64,000 bases of DNA from an uncultured Clostridia bacterium (lineage in GTDB: Bacteria > Bacillota > Clostridia > Christensenellales > UBA1242). Shown in pieces: positions 19,621 to 29,098 of this stretch. Under the pieces are notes generated by a model. The model was not told the DNA's origin and made no database searches. It saw only the letters and a list, made by a program, of their open reading frames with translations. Numbering within the stretch: the first letter of the stretch is position 1; each line of letters begins with the position of its first letter. Where the stretch lies: NCBI GenBank assembly GCA_944381175.1, contig CALWKD010000004.1, forward strand, positions 76,939 through 140,938, written 5' to 3'. The position numbers were made by a program, and so were the translations under genes.

Positions 19621-21201
19621 ATGGCATTGAAATCAATTTATGAAATTGGAGAAAAAATTGGCGTAAAAGAGGAAAATGTAATTCCTTATGGGAAGAATTG
19701 TGCGAAGTTAGAAAATGAAAATGGGGGCAAAAAAGGAAAACTTATTTTGGTCTCTGCAATGACTTCAAACAAGACAGGCATCGGAAAAACAACAGTCTCA
19801 ATTGGGCTTGCTGACGCAATAAATCGTTTGGGAAAATCTGCGACTCTTGCTCTGAGAGAGCCGTCTCTTGGTCCAGTGTTTGGCATCAAAGGTGGTGCGA
19901 CGGGCGGTGGTAGAGCAAAAATTGAGCCGAGTGATGAGATAAATTTGCATTTCACAGGTGATTTTGACGCAGTTACGCAAGCAAACAACTTGCTCGCGTC
20001 AATAATCGATAACCACATCTTTCAAGGCAACGAACTGCAAATTGACCCTCAAAAAATTTTCTTCAAAAGATGTCTCGATGTGAACGACAGAAGTCTCAGG
20101 CAAATACAATACAAAATTGGTGATGTTGAGATTTGCACTGGGTTTAACATAACTGCGGCGAGTGAGGTTATGGCTGTTTTGTGTCTAAGTGAAAACATTG
20201 AGTCTTTGAAGAAAAATCTTGGAAATATTTTGGTTGCACTAAACAAAAAAGGAAAGCCTATTTTTGCAAAAGATTTGCAAGCGGAAAATGCAATGGCAAT
20301 TCTGCTTAAAGATGCAATCAAACCAAATCTTGTGCAGACACTTGAGGGGACACCAGCACTTGTTCACCTTGGACCATTTGCAAATATTGCTCACGGGTGC
20401 AACAGCAATGTCGCCACGAAGTTTGCTCTGTTGCACTCAGATTATTGCGTCACCGAGGCGGGCTTTGGAAGTGATTTGGGAGCGGAAAAGTTTTTTGATA
20501 TAAAGTCAAGGTTGATTGGAAAGACGCCAGATGCTGTTGTGCTTGTCATTGTGATTGATGTGATAAAAGAACACGGAAATGGTGACCTTAAACTTGGATT
20601 TGAAAATGTTAAAAAACACATAGAAAATTTGAGAGATGTTTTCAATGTACCTTTTGTTGTGGCAATAAACAAACATAGTTCGGACAGCAAAAAGGACATC
20701 CAAATGACTTTGAAATTGTGTGAAAATGAAAAAGTGAATGTTGCAGTTTGTGATGCCTTTGGAAAAGGCGGAGAAGGTTGCAAAGAACTTGCCGAGAAAA
20801 CTTTGAGAGTTTGCGAAGAGAAAAAGCGCACAAAATTTGCGTATGAGATGAGTGACGATATAAAAACAAAAGTTGAAAAAATTGCAACGAAAGTCTATGG
20901 TGCTGGAAGAGTTTTGTGTAGCAAAATTGCAGAAGAAAAAATTGCCCTTGCGGAGAAATTGGGCTTTGGGAAATTTTTCGTAAACATTGCAAAAACGCAG
21001 TTCTCTTTTTCGGATGATAAAAACCTTTTGGGTGCTCCAAAAAATTTCGATTTTCACATTTCTGACATTGAAATAAGAAGTGGGGCAAATGTCATTGTCG
21101 CGATTGCTGGGAATATGTTGTTGATGCCAGGGCTTTCAAAAAATCCAAATTATAAAAATATGAAAATTGATAAAAATTCGAAAATTTCGGGTTTATTTTA
21201 A
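19621..21201 (+). CDS. fhs: Formate--tetrahydrofolate ligase-like protein (divergent, 526 aa)
   Basis: GIGKTTVSIGL P-loop region, PSLGPVFGIKGGATGGG, HLGPFANIAHGCNS, EAGFGSDLGAEKF. Several canonical signature residues differ (see finding). Confidence 0.8.
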   Translation: MALKSIYEIGEKIGVKEENVIPYGKNCAKLENENGGKKGKLILVSAMTSNKTGIGKTTVSIGLADAINRLGKSATLALREPSLGPVFGIKGGATGGGRAKIEPSDEINLHFTGDFDAVTQANNLLASIIDNHIFQGNELQIDPQKIFFKRCLDVNDRSLRQIQYKIGDVEICTGFNITAASEVMAVLCLSENIESLKKNLGNILVALNKKGKPIFAKDLQAENAMAILLKDAIKPNLVQTLEGTPALVHLGPFANIAHGCNSNVATKFALLHSDYCVTEAGFGSDLGAEKFFDIKSRLIGKTPDAVVLVIVIDVIKEHGNGDLKLGFENVKKHIENLRDVFNVPFVVAINKHSSDSKKDIQMTLKLCENEKVNVAVCDAFGKGGEGCKELAEKTLRVCEEKKRTKFAYEMSDDIKTKVEKIATKVYGAGRVLCSKIAEEKIALAEKLGFGKFFVNIAKTQFSFSDDKNLLGAPKNFDFHISDIEIRSGANVIVAIAGNMLLMPGLSKNPNYKNMKIDKNSKISGLF

Positions 21202-21204
21202 ATA

Positions 21205-21231
21205 AAAAAGGTGCAAAATTGCATCTTTTTT
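21205..21231. terminator. Bidirectional terminator between fhs and the glycosyltransferase gene
   Basis: AAAAAGGTGCAA-AA-TTGCATCTTTTTT. Confidence 0.6.
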
Positions 21232-21308
21232 AATTTTTTCTATTTTTTTTGTATTTTTTATTATTTTTTTAATTAAAGAAAAAGTGTGATTTTTCGCTTT
21301 TTTTAAAT

Positions 21309-22370
21309 TTATTTTATAAAAAATTTTTCGTTAAATATCACTGCTTTATTTTTTGGAGAAAGATTTTTTGCTAATAAATGATATTTTTTAGCCTCTTGAT
21401 AATTTATTGGAAAATACAACCTTGAAAGTTCGATATATGGAATAATGTTTGAATAATCTATAGATACAAAACCAGAATTATTTTTGCAATGAAGTGCACA
21501 TTCATACCAAAAAATTGATGACGGATTATCTTTTTCTCTTTCGCAAAGTTGTGCTATTTTGCAACACAATTCGCTTGTCGGAGTGTGAGAGGATAGGGCA
21601 TTAAAAAGTTGCATTTTTGCACTTTTTTCATCTTTTTTAATCAAAAAACAATCAGAAAGCATCATTTGTGCTGAGAGGTTGTCAGGCGGATAGGTGTTTG
21701 GAATTTTTATGAATTTCTTTAAATTTTTTATTGCACTTGAAATGTATCCGTTGAAGTAGAGTTCTCGTGCATAATAAAACAATTCTCGTGGAGAAAATTC
21801 CACCTTATCTCTTTTCATTTTTTGATATATTTTCAAGTTTCGTTTTTGTTTGTTTTGTTTTATTTTTCTATGTTCGATGACGATGTCGGAGTTGATAATT
21901 TTCCCACTAGGAATTATGACTTCGTGCACTCTGCTCGACCAAGTGAAATTTTTTGAGCGTTTCAAGATTCGTTCTCGATTGAAGAGGAAATGAGGGTTTC
22001 CGTTTTCGTCAAAATTTTGTGCATATTTGCACATACAGACATCAAAGTCAGTGCCAGAGGTTTTGAGAGTGAGAATTTTTTGGGTGTTTTCCTCGCTTAT
22101 AACATCATCCGCATCAAGCCACATTTGATAATCACAGGTTGCTTTGCTGAAAGAAAAATTTCTTGCCTTTGCAAAGTCGTCGCACCACTCAAAATCAAAA
22201 ACTTTTTCTGTGTAAGATTTTGCAATTTCCTTTGTGCCGTCGGTTGAGCCAGTGTCAACGACGATTATCTCATCGGCAAATTTCTTTGCACATTCCAAAA
22301 CCCTTGCGATTGTCTCTTTTTCGTCTCTTACAATCAGACACACTGAAAGGGTGAAAGTTTTGCAGTCCAT
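21309..22370 (-). CDS. Family 2 glycosyltransferase with C-terminal TPR-like helical domain
   Basis: LSVCLIVRDEKETIARVLECAKKFADEIIVVDTGSTDGT (GT-A, DxD-type WLDADD). Helical repeat C-terminus. Confidence 0.8.
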   Translation of the reverse strand: MDCKTFTLSVCLIVRDEKETIARVLECAKKFADEIIVVDTGSTDGTKEIAKSYTEKVFDFEWCDDFAKARNFSFSKATCDYQMWLDADDVISEENTQKILTLKTSGTDFDVCMCKYAQNFDENGNPHFLFNRERILKRSKNFTWSSRVHEVIIPSGKIINSDIVIEHRKIKQNKQKRNLKIYQKMKRDKVEFSPRELFYYARELYFNGYISSAIKNLKKFIKIPNTYPPDNLSAQMMLSDCFLIKKDEKSAKMQLFNALSSHTPTSELCCKIAQLCEREKDNPSSIFWYECALHCKNNSGFVSIDYSNIIPYIELSRLYFPINYQEAKKYHLLAKNLSPKNKAVIFNEKFFIK

Positions 22371-22457
22371 AAGAATTTTTATGCAAATTTGGCAAAATTG
22401 TTGAAAAACTTGCATTTCTGTTTTGAAATTTTTTTTCTTTATGATAAAATCCCAATT

Positions 22458-23123
22458 ATGAAGATTGAGAATGGTTTTAATTTCAAGACTTTTGAGAGAA
22501 GACGAAAAAAGTTTTTAAAAGCAAACAAAAAGAAGAGTTTTGTCATTTTGGGAGGGGAAGGGAAAGTTATGTTTTCTGTTCCTCACGCTGTCAAGCAGGT
22601 GCGACTTGGAAAAGTGAAGTTTGCAGAACCAAACACGCTCGCTCTTGCTCTTGAAATCAGAGAAAAGACAAACATTCCTATGATTGTCAAAACTGCTTGC
22701 TTCAACGATGACGCAAACTTCGACCTTATATGTCCATACAGGGAGGAACTCAGAAAATACATCGAGGGAAACGGAATAAAATACCTCGTCGATCTTCACA
22801 GTCTAAATGCAAACAGGGAGCAGGACATTGACCTTGGCGTCAACTTTGGACTCAACATCGCACCAGACGAGAAGATGTTTGATTTTCTTGAGAAAGAGTT
22901 TGCAAAACGCGGGTTTAAGGTGGTGATTGACCAACCTTTCAACGGCGGGGCTCGAACCATCTCATCCTTTATCTCGAGGCAATGCGGAATTTGGACATTG
23001 CAACTTGAAATCAATACAAGATATCTGTATTTCGCAGATAAAGTGGAAAGATTGCAGGAGATTATTTCTGTTCTCTTCAGGCTGATAGAAAAAATCAACA
23101 ATGATAAAAGCAAAAACGAATAA
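22458..23123 (+). CDS. Hypothetical hydrolase, possibly N-formylglutamate amidohydrolase-like
   Basis: FSVPHA...; LVDLHS block resembles the FGase family. Weak, memory-based assignment. Confidence 0.4.
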   Translation: MKIENGFNFKTFERRRKKFLKANKKKSFVILGGEGKVMFSVPHAVKQVRLGKVKFAEPNTLALALEIREKTNIPMIVKTACFNDDANFDLICPYREELRKYIEGNGIKYLVDLHSLNANREQDIDLGVNFGLNIAPDEKMFDFLEKEFAKRGFKVVIDQPFNGGARTISSFISRQCGIWTLQLEINTRYLYFADKVERLQEIISVLFRLIEKINNDKSKNE

Positions 23124-23143
23124 ATAGAAGGAGATACAAAAAA

Positions 23144-24010
23144 ATGAGAAAAATTGCAATTATGACCGACAGCAACAGCGGAATCACTCAAGATGAGGCA
23201 AACAAACTAGGGATATTTGTCGTTCCTATGCCGTTTATTATTGACGGAGACATATATTTTGAGGGAGTAAATTTGTCCATTGACAAGTTTTATGAGATTC
23301 AAGACAGCGGGAAGAGAATCACGACTTCCCAGCCTAACATAAACGAAATTGTCGACAAGTGGAAAGAAATTCTCAAGGAATACGACGAGATTGTTCACAT
23401 TCCGATGTCAAGCGGGCTTAGCCAAAGTTGTGAAACGGCGACTTCTTTTGCCGAAAACTTTGAGGGCAAGGTGCAAGTGGTGGACAACAGGAGGATTTCA
23501 ATCACTCAAAAGGCTTCTGTTTTTGACGCGGTTAAAATGGCAAAAAACGGATTGTCTGCTCTTGAAATCAAAAAGGAATTGGAGGAAAATGCTCTTCAGT
23601 CTTCCATTTATATTATGGTTGACACTCTCAAATATCTCAAACAGGGCGGACGCATAACTCCAGCGGCTGCGGCAATTGGAACTGTTTTAAACATCAAGCC
23701 TGTGCTACAGATTCAAGGAGGAAAACTTGACCAATATACAAAGGTTATGAATGTTAAGTCTGCGAAGGCAAAGATGATTGAGGGATTGAAAAAAGATTTG
23801 GAAGGTCGCTTTGCAGAATTTGTCAAGGCGGGCGAGATGAGAATCTCAGTTGCTCACACTCAAAATGACGAAAATGCACAGATTTTCGCTGAGGAACTTA
23901 AGAAAAACTTTCCAAATGTTCCAATTGAGTATGTCGACCCATTGTCACTTTCTGTGGCAACTCACATAGGCAAGAAGTCTCTCGCTTGTGGGTGTTATAG
24001 GGTTTATTAA
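23144..24010 (+). CDS. DegV family fatty-acid-binding protein
   Basis: IAIMTDSNSGI..., TTSQPN, YLKQGGRIT. Confidence 0.9.
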   Translation: MRKIAIMTDSNSGITQDEANKLGIFVVPMPFIIDGDIYFEGVNLSIDKFYEIQDSGKRITTSQPNINEIVDKWKEILKEYDEIVHIPMSSGLSQSCETATSFAENFEGKVQVVDNRRISITQKASVFDAVKMAKNGLSALEIKKELEENALQSSIYIMVDTLKYLKQGGRITPAAAAIGTVLNIKPVLQIQGGKLDQYTKVMNVKSAKAKMIEGLKKDLEGRFAEFVKAGEMRISVAHTQNDENAQIFAEELKKNFPNVPIEYVDPLSLSVATHIGKKSLACGCYRVY

Positions 24011-24122
24011 AATTCAAAGTGTCTGGTTTTTGTGCGGTTTTGTAAGCCTGAATTTGTGTTTCTCGCCATTCTTTGTCGAAAGATAGAAAATCACAGGTTT
24101 GGGAAAAGGTTATGAGGTTTTT

Positions 24123-24992
24123 ATGAAAGATTGTATTTTTTGCAAAATTGTAAATGGCGAAGTTCCGTGTTATAAGATTTATGAGGATGATTTTTGTTTG
24201 GCATTTTTGGATATTTCAAATGATGCATATGGACACACTTTGGTTGTTCCGAAAAAACATTATGAAAACATCATAACTTGCAATGCCTCTGTCCTTGCAA
24301 GACTTATGGAAGTTTGCAAGAAACTTGCAACTCACTTTGTCAAAGATTGTGGATTTGACGGCGTCCACATTTTGAATAACTGTGGAATCACTGCGATGAT
24401 TAATCACATCCACTTTCACATCTTCCCAAGAAAAGAGGGTGACGGCAAGGAGATTTACACAAATTTGGGGAGTTCTGGGGCAGAACTTGAAGATGTTTGC
24501 AAAGCCTTGAAGATGTCAGACGAAAAACCTCAAACAACAGAGCCTGAAAGTGAGAGCTCTGTGATTTTGTATACTGACGGAGCGTGCTCGGGAAATCCAG
24601 GTGCTGGCGGTTGGGCATCCATTTTGTCCTTCAAAGGCAGAGAAAAAATCTTCTCTGGAGGCGAAAAGGAGACGACAAACAATCGTATGGAACTTATGGC
24701 GGTCATTGTTGGGCTTGAAAATATCAAAAAAGGCAACAAGGTGTCTGTTTTCAGCGACAGCGCGTATGTCGTCAACGCTTTCAATCAGGGCTGGATCGAA
24801 AATTGGAAGAAGAGGAATTGGAGAACGAGTGCTGGCGATGAGGTTGCAAACAAGGAACTTTGGCAGAGGCTTTTGTCCGCAATGGACGGCTTGGAAGTGG
24901 AATTTGTCAAGGTTAAAGGTCACAGCGACAATGAGAAAAACAATCGTTGCGATGCCTTGGCAAGAGAGGAGATTTTGAAACTTTCTGATTGA
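24123..24992 (+). CDS. Fusion protein: HIT-family nucleotide hydrolase + RNase HI
   Basis: N-terminal half: CIFCKIVNGEVP and histidine triad HIHFHIFPR. Acidic linker. C-terminal half: LYTDGACSGNPGAGGW, NNRMELMA, FSDSAYV, HSDNEKNNRCDALA (DEDD RNase H residues). Confidence 0.85.
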   Translation: MKDCIFCKIVNGEVPCYKIYEDDFCLAFLDISNDAYGHTLVVPKKHYENIITCNASVLARLMEVCKKLATHFVKDCGFDGVHILNNCGITAMINHIHFHIFPRKEGDGKEIYTNLGSSGAELEDVCKALKMSDEKPQTTEPESESSVILYTDGACSGNPGAGGWASILSFKGREKIFSGGEKETTNNRMELMAVIVGLENIKKGNKVSVFSDSAYVVNAFNQGWIENWKKRNWRTSAGDEVANKELWQRLLSAMDGLEVEFVKVKGHSDNEKNNRCDALAREEILKLSD

Positions 24993-25061
24993 GAAATTTG
25001 TGCTTAAAATTCTTCATTATTTTAAAAATATTGGATACTCTTTGAAATGGATGCTCTTTGA

Positions 25062-25089
25062 AAAACGCCGAGATTTTGGCGTTTTTTTT
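25062..25089 (+). terminator. Rho-independent terminator
   Basis: AAAACGCC-GAGATTTT-GGCGTTTTTTTT. Confidence 0.75.
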
Positions 25090-25123
25090 GAACAGCGTGT
25101 TTGGAAGTGTTTTGGGGTTAAGT

Positions 25124-26101
25124 TTATATTTTAAATATCAAAAGAAGCGCAACCGTTACGAGCGTGGAAAAGATTGCGTGGCAAAATTTTTGCAGAATGA
25201 AGAATCTTGCGGGCATTTTTATGCTTGAAAGCATTGTGAGAGATTGAAGCACGGTGGAAATTCCGCCAAAACTGATGACAAACGAGCAGAGAATGGTCGC
25301 AAGGTTTAGGTTTTGCAGGCTGGAGATGTCTACGCATCCTTTCGTGATTTCGATCACACCTTCGACAAAAAATCTCAATGTGTCTGGCAAAAGGGAAAGA
25401 AGTGGCGAAAAGCACTCAATGACAATGAAGAAAATGGTTATTATGCAACCTACGGAAAGAATCGCGAGCGTGGAGTTTAGGACGATTTCGCTTATGTCCG
25501 ATTTCTTCTGAGCGAAGTTTTGATCTTGCGGAAGCGGAGATTCGTCTTGGAGGGAGTTGTTTTGCCTTAATTTGAGTCTTCCAAACAAAATGCCATTCAA
25601 AATTGCACCGAGAACGTGGCTTATAAACAGAATATAGCCAATCGTTTGGTTTTTGAACATCCCAATTCCGACTGCACCGATGATAAACATTGGTCCAGAG
25701 GTTGAGCAAAATGAGGTCATTTTGAAGGCGTCTTCTCTTGTGATCTTTCCTTGCAGGAATAAGTCCGCAACCATTTTTGATCCGACTGGATAGCCAGACA
25801 TTATTGCCATTAAAAAAGTGTAAAACGAGATCGGAGGGGACTTGAAGAGGGTTTTGCCTACGGCAGAGAAAGGGTGAGTGAACGACTGCATACAATCAAG
25901 TGAGGAAAGCACCTTCGTGAAAAACATAAAGGGAAGCACGCTTGGAAGCACGCTCATTGCCCACGCTGAGATGCCGTCAAGCGATTTTGAAATATATTTT
26001 GCTGGCTCGCTTATCATACAAAAAAGGAAGTAAAGGACAAGAATTGTCAAAAGATAGGCTGTCCAGTTGGATTTGCGTGACATATGCCTGATATTTTTCA
26101 A
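25124..26101 (-). CDS. ylbJ: Sporulation integral membrane protein YlbJ-like (nucleoside-recognition/Gate domains)
   Basis: GISAWAMSVLPSVLPFMFF, MSGYPVGSKM, FCSTSGPMFIIGAVG. TTG start at 26101 has a properly placed AAAGGAGGG RBS. Confidence 0.75.
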   Translation of the reverse strand: MKNIRHMSRKSNWTAYLLTILVLYFLFCMISEPAKYISKSLDGISAWAMSVLPSVLPFMFFTKVLSSLDCMQSFTHPFSAVGKTLFKSPPISFYTFLMAIMSGYPVGSKMVADLFLQGKITREDAFKMTSFCSTSGPMFIIGAVGIGMFKNQTIGYILFISHVLGAILNGILFGRLKLRQNNSLQDESPLPQDQNFAQKKSDISEIVLNSTLAILSVGCIITIFFIVIECFSPLLSLLPDTLRFFVEGVIEITKGCVDISSLQNLNLATILCSFVISFGGISTVLQSLTMLSSIKMPARFFILQKFCHAIFSTLVTVALLLIFKI

Positions 26102-26319
26102 AATTCCCTCCTTTTTTGTTTGACAATATGGCGAAACTTTCCTTATAATAAGAAAAGAAACAATTCCGTTTCAGTTTTTTATTTTGATAATTTTTCAAAA
26201 ATTTGGCAATCTTTGACAAGCGAAAATTTTCCAGTTTTGTTTTTTAACTTGAGAAAATTTCGGCAGGATGCTTTGTTATATTGTATTGCAAATTTTTCGG
26301 AAAAAGAATGGAGAGTTTG

Positions 26320-27327
26320 ATGTATAAGATAAAAGATTTGTTGAAAAGAGCGAAGAAAAAACAAAAAACAATTGTCTTCCCTGAGGTCAGTTTCTCGGAT
26401 AGGACATTTGAAGCTGTTAAGATTTTGCAAAAGAAGGGCATTGTCAAAGTTTTGCTTGTGGGAGATGCAAGTGCTTTGATTTTGCGAGATAAGGCGTTTT
26501 CGGAGTTTGAAATTGTCAATCCTGTAACTTTCCCAAACAGAGACAAACTTGTCAAAACGCTTTACGAGAAGAGAAAGGAAAAGGGTATGACGCCTGAGCA
26601 AGCAGACGAACTTGAGAAAGACCCTTATTATTTTGCAACACTTCTTGTTGAGTGTGGATATGCAGACGGAATGGTTGCTGGGGCTGAGTGCTCGACCGCA
26701 AACACTGTCAGACCTGCACTTCAAATTATCAAGGGCAAAAGCAAGAAAGAGCCAGTTTCTTCTTGTTTCTTGATGTATGGAAAAAACAAATTCTTGGACA
26801 ACGAAGCACTCGTTTTGTCTGATTGCGGAATTATTGAAAACCCAGACAGCGACACACTTTGTGCAATCGCATCTCAAAGCGTCAAGAGTGCAAGAGATTT
26901 CGGTCTTGACCCAAGAGTTGCGTTCCTTTCTTATTCGACAAAGGGAAGTGCAAAGAGCGAGGCTGTGGACAAGGTTAGGACGGCTTACGAAAAGTTTAAG
27001 AAGAAAGAGAAAGATGTTGTGTGCGACGGCGAACTGCAATTTGATGCTGCAATGGTTCCGCAAGTGGCAGAACTCAAGTGCAAAGACAGTCCGCTCAAGG
27101 GAACTGCAAATGTGTTGATTTATCCTGATATCCAAGCGGGAAACACAGGATACAAAACAATGCAATACATCGGAGGTTTGAACGCGATTGGACCGATTTT
27201 GCAAGGACTTAGAAAACCTGTGAACGATTTGTCGAGAGGTTGCAATGTGAATGACATCGTTGTTGTCAGTGCAATCACCGCTCTTCAATGTGAAGATAAA
27301 AATGAAAAATCGAAAGAATCAAAATAA
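26320..27327 (+). CDS. pta: Phosphate acetyltransferase
   Basis: TIVFPE, GYADGMVAGAECSTANTVRPALQIIK, GELQFDAA, LIYPDIQAGNTGYK. RBS GGAGAG before ATG 26320. Confidence 0.93.
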   Translation: MYKIKDLLKRAKKKQKTIVFPEVSFSDRTFEAVKILQKKGIVKVLLVGDASALILRDKAFSEFEIVNPVTFPNRDKLVKTLYEKRKEKGMTPEQADELEKDPYYFATLLVECGYADGMVAGAECSTANTVRPALQIIKGKSKKEPVSSCFLMYGKNKFLDNEALVLSDCGIIENPDSDTLCAIASQSVKSARDFGLDPRVAFLSYSTKGSAKSEAVDKVRTAYEKFKKKEKDVVCDGELQFDAAMVPQVAELKCKDSPLKGTANVLIYPDIQAGNTGYKTMQYIGGLNAIGPILQGLRKPVNDLSRGCNVNDIVVVSAITALQCEDKNEKSKESK

Positions 27328-27350
27328 AAAATGAAAAAGGAGAAAATTTT

Positions 27351-28586
27351 ATGAAAATCTTACTCATCAATGCGGGAAGTTCGTCTTTGAAATATCAACT
27401 TATTGATATGAAAACAGAGAAAGTTATTGCAAAGGGAAATTGCGAAAAAATTGGGCTTTCTGCACCAGTGATCACCTACAAACACAACGGAGAGACGAAA
27501 GAATTTCCTGGTGCAAAAAATCACGAAGAGGCAATCCAAAAAGTTTTGGATATTTTGACCAACAAAGAGTATGGCGTGGTTTCAAGCCTTGACGAAATCG
27601 AGGCTGTTGGACACAGAGTGCTTCACGGTGGAGATATCTACACAGACTCTGTGCTTATCACGAGCAAAGTTATGAAAGACCTTGAAAAACTCGTTCCACT
27701 TGGACCACTTCATATGCCAGCAAACATCGCTGGAATCAAGGCTTGCCAAGCGGTTATGAAAGTGCCACAAGTTGCAGTTTTCGACACTGCTTTCCACTCA
27801 ACTATGCCTGAATATGCATATATGTATCCAATCAAATACGAGGACGCGAAGAAATATAAGATAAGAAAGTATGGCTTCCACGGCTCAAGTCACAAGTTTA
27901 TCACGCAAGAAATGGCAAAAATTTTACACAAACCTATCAGCAAACTCAACCTCATCATCGCACACCTTGGGAATGGTTCAAGCGTGACTGCTGTGAAAGA
28001 CGGCAAGAGTATTGACACAACAATGGGGCTTACTCCACTTCAAGGACTTATGATGGGGACACGTTCGGGAGATGTTGACCCAACTGTTGTTCAATATCTT
28101 TGCGAGAAGAAAAATATGACAGTTCAAGAGGTTATTTCCTATTTGAACAAACAATGCGGACTTTTGGGTATTTCTGGTTACTCAAGTGACCAAAGAGAAC
28201 TTATTGCAAAGGCAAACGAGGGAGACGAAAGATGCAAACTTTCTCTTGAAATGCTTTCGTATTCTGTCAAGAAACATATTGCCTCTTTCCTCGGGGTTAT
28301 GGGGAAACTCGACGCAATTGTCTTTACTGGCGGAATTGGCGAAAATGGAAAAGAGACTCGTGAGAGTGTTATGAGTGGATTTGAATATCTTGGAATTGTC
28401 CTCGACAAAAAGAAGAACAACAACTTCAAGCGTGGCGAGGTCAACCTCATCTCTTCCGACAAGTCCAATGTCAAGATTTATATTGTTCCAACCGATGAGG
28501 AACTGCTTATGGCAAGAGATACAAAGGCGATTGTTTCCGCTCTTCCTGCCAAGAAAAGTTCAAAATGTGCAAAAAAGTCCAAATAA
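27351..28586 (+). CDS. ackA: Acetate kinase
   Basis: MKILLINAGSSSLKYQL, GHRVLHGG, FDTAFH, YGFHGSSH, TGGIGEN. Confidence 0.96.
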   Translation: MKILLINAGSSSLKYQLIDMKTEKVIAKGNCEKIGLSAPVITYKHNGETKEFPGAKNHEEAIQKVLDILTNKEYGVVSSLDEIEAVGHRVLHGGDIYTDSVLITSKVMKDLEKLVPLGPLHMPANIAGIKACQAVMKVPQVAVFDTAFHSTMPEYAYMYPIKYEDAKKYKIRKYGFHGSSHKFITQEMAKILHKPISKLNLIIAHLGNGSSVTAVKDGKSIDTTMGLTPLQGLMMGTRSGDVDPTVVQYLCEKKNMTVQEVISYLNKQCGLLGISGYSSDQRELIAKANEGDERCKLSLEMLSYSVKKHIASFLGVMGKLDAIVFTGGIGENGKETRESVMSGFEYLGIVLDKKKNNNFKRGEVNLISSDKSNVKIYIVPTDEELLMARDTKAIVSALPAKKSSKCAKKSK

Positions 28587-28589
28587 AAC

Positions 28590-28618
28590 TTGACAAATGT
28601 GAATTTTTGCGTTAAAAT
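28590..28618 (+). promoter_or_regulatory. Sigma-A type promoter for rpmF
   Basis: TTGACA (28590-28595), 17-nt spacer, TAAAAT (28613-28618). About 80-nt leader with a CGAAAA/TTTTCG hairpin. Confidence 0.6.
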
Positions 28619-28706
28619 AAGCAAGCAATGAGAATTAGACGAAAAATGGCTGAAAAATCGGCACTTTTCGTTTTCTTGAGATTATTTCACTAAAAGGAGA
28701 ATTAAA

Positions 28707-28898
28707 ATGGCTGTTCCAAAGCATAAGGTTTCAAAAGAAAGAAGAAACACAAGAAATTCTGCAAATTTCAAAGCAGAAGCACCTGCTCTTGTTGAATGTC
28801 CAAAATGCCACGAGTTGAAAAAACCACACACTGTTTGCAAAAACTGTGGGACATACAAAAACAAGACAGTTGTTGAAGATAAAAAGAAGAAAGACTAA
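28707..28898 (+). CDS. rpmF: 50S ribosomal protein L32 (Zn-ribbon form)
   Basis: MAVPKHKVSKERRNTR...CPKCHELKKPHTVCKNCG. Confidence 0.95.
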   Translation: MAVPKHKVSKERRNTRNSANFKAEAPALVECPKCHELKKPHTVCKNCGTYKNKTVVEDKKKKD

Positions 28899-28924
28899 GA
28901 TTTTATCAAAAATCAGAATGAAAG

Positions 28925-28957
28925 AAAACTCAACCATATCGGTTGAGTTTTTTTGTT
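28925..28957 (+). terminator. Rho-independent terminator after rpmF
   Basis: AAACTCAACC-ATAT-CGGTTGAGTTTTTTT. Confidence 0.8.
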
Positions 28958-29098
28958 TAAAATTGTCTTTATTGAAAATTTTCACTTCTGTTTTTTTGGT
29001 CAAGATTTGCAGGGCTTTCGCTTGGAAAGAAAACCTCAAATTCAATTCCAGATTTGCGTCAAATATGTGAGATTTTTGCAATGAGAGGAAATTTTTGA

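Noticed and set aside
26179-27288. 369-aa minus-strand ORF
   Set aside because: It is fully antisense to the well-supported pta gene. It is a Cys/Phe/Leu-rich shadow ORF typical of AT-rich genomes, with no motif.
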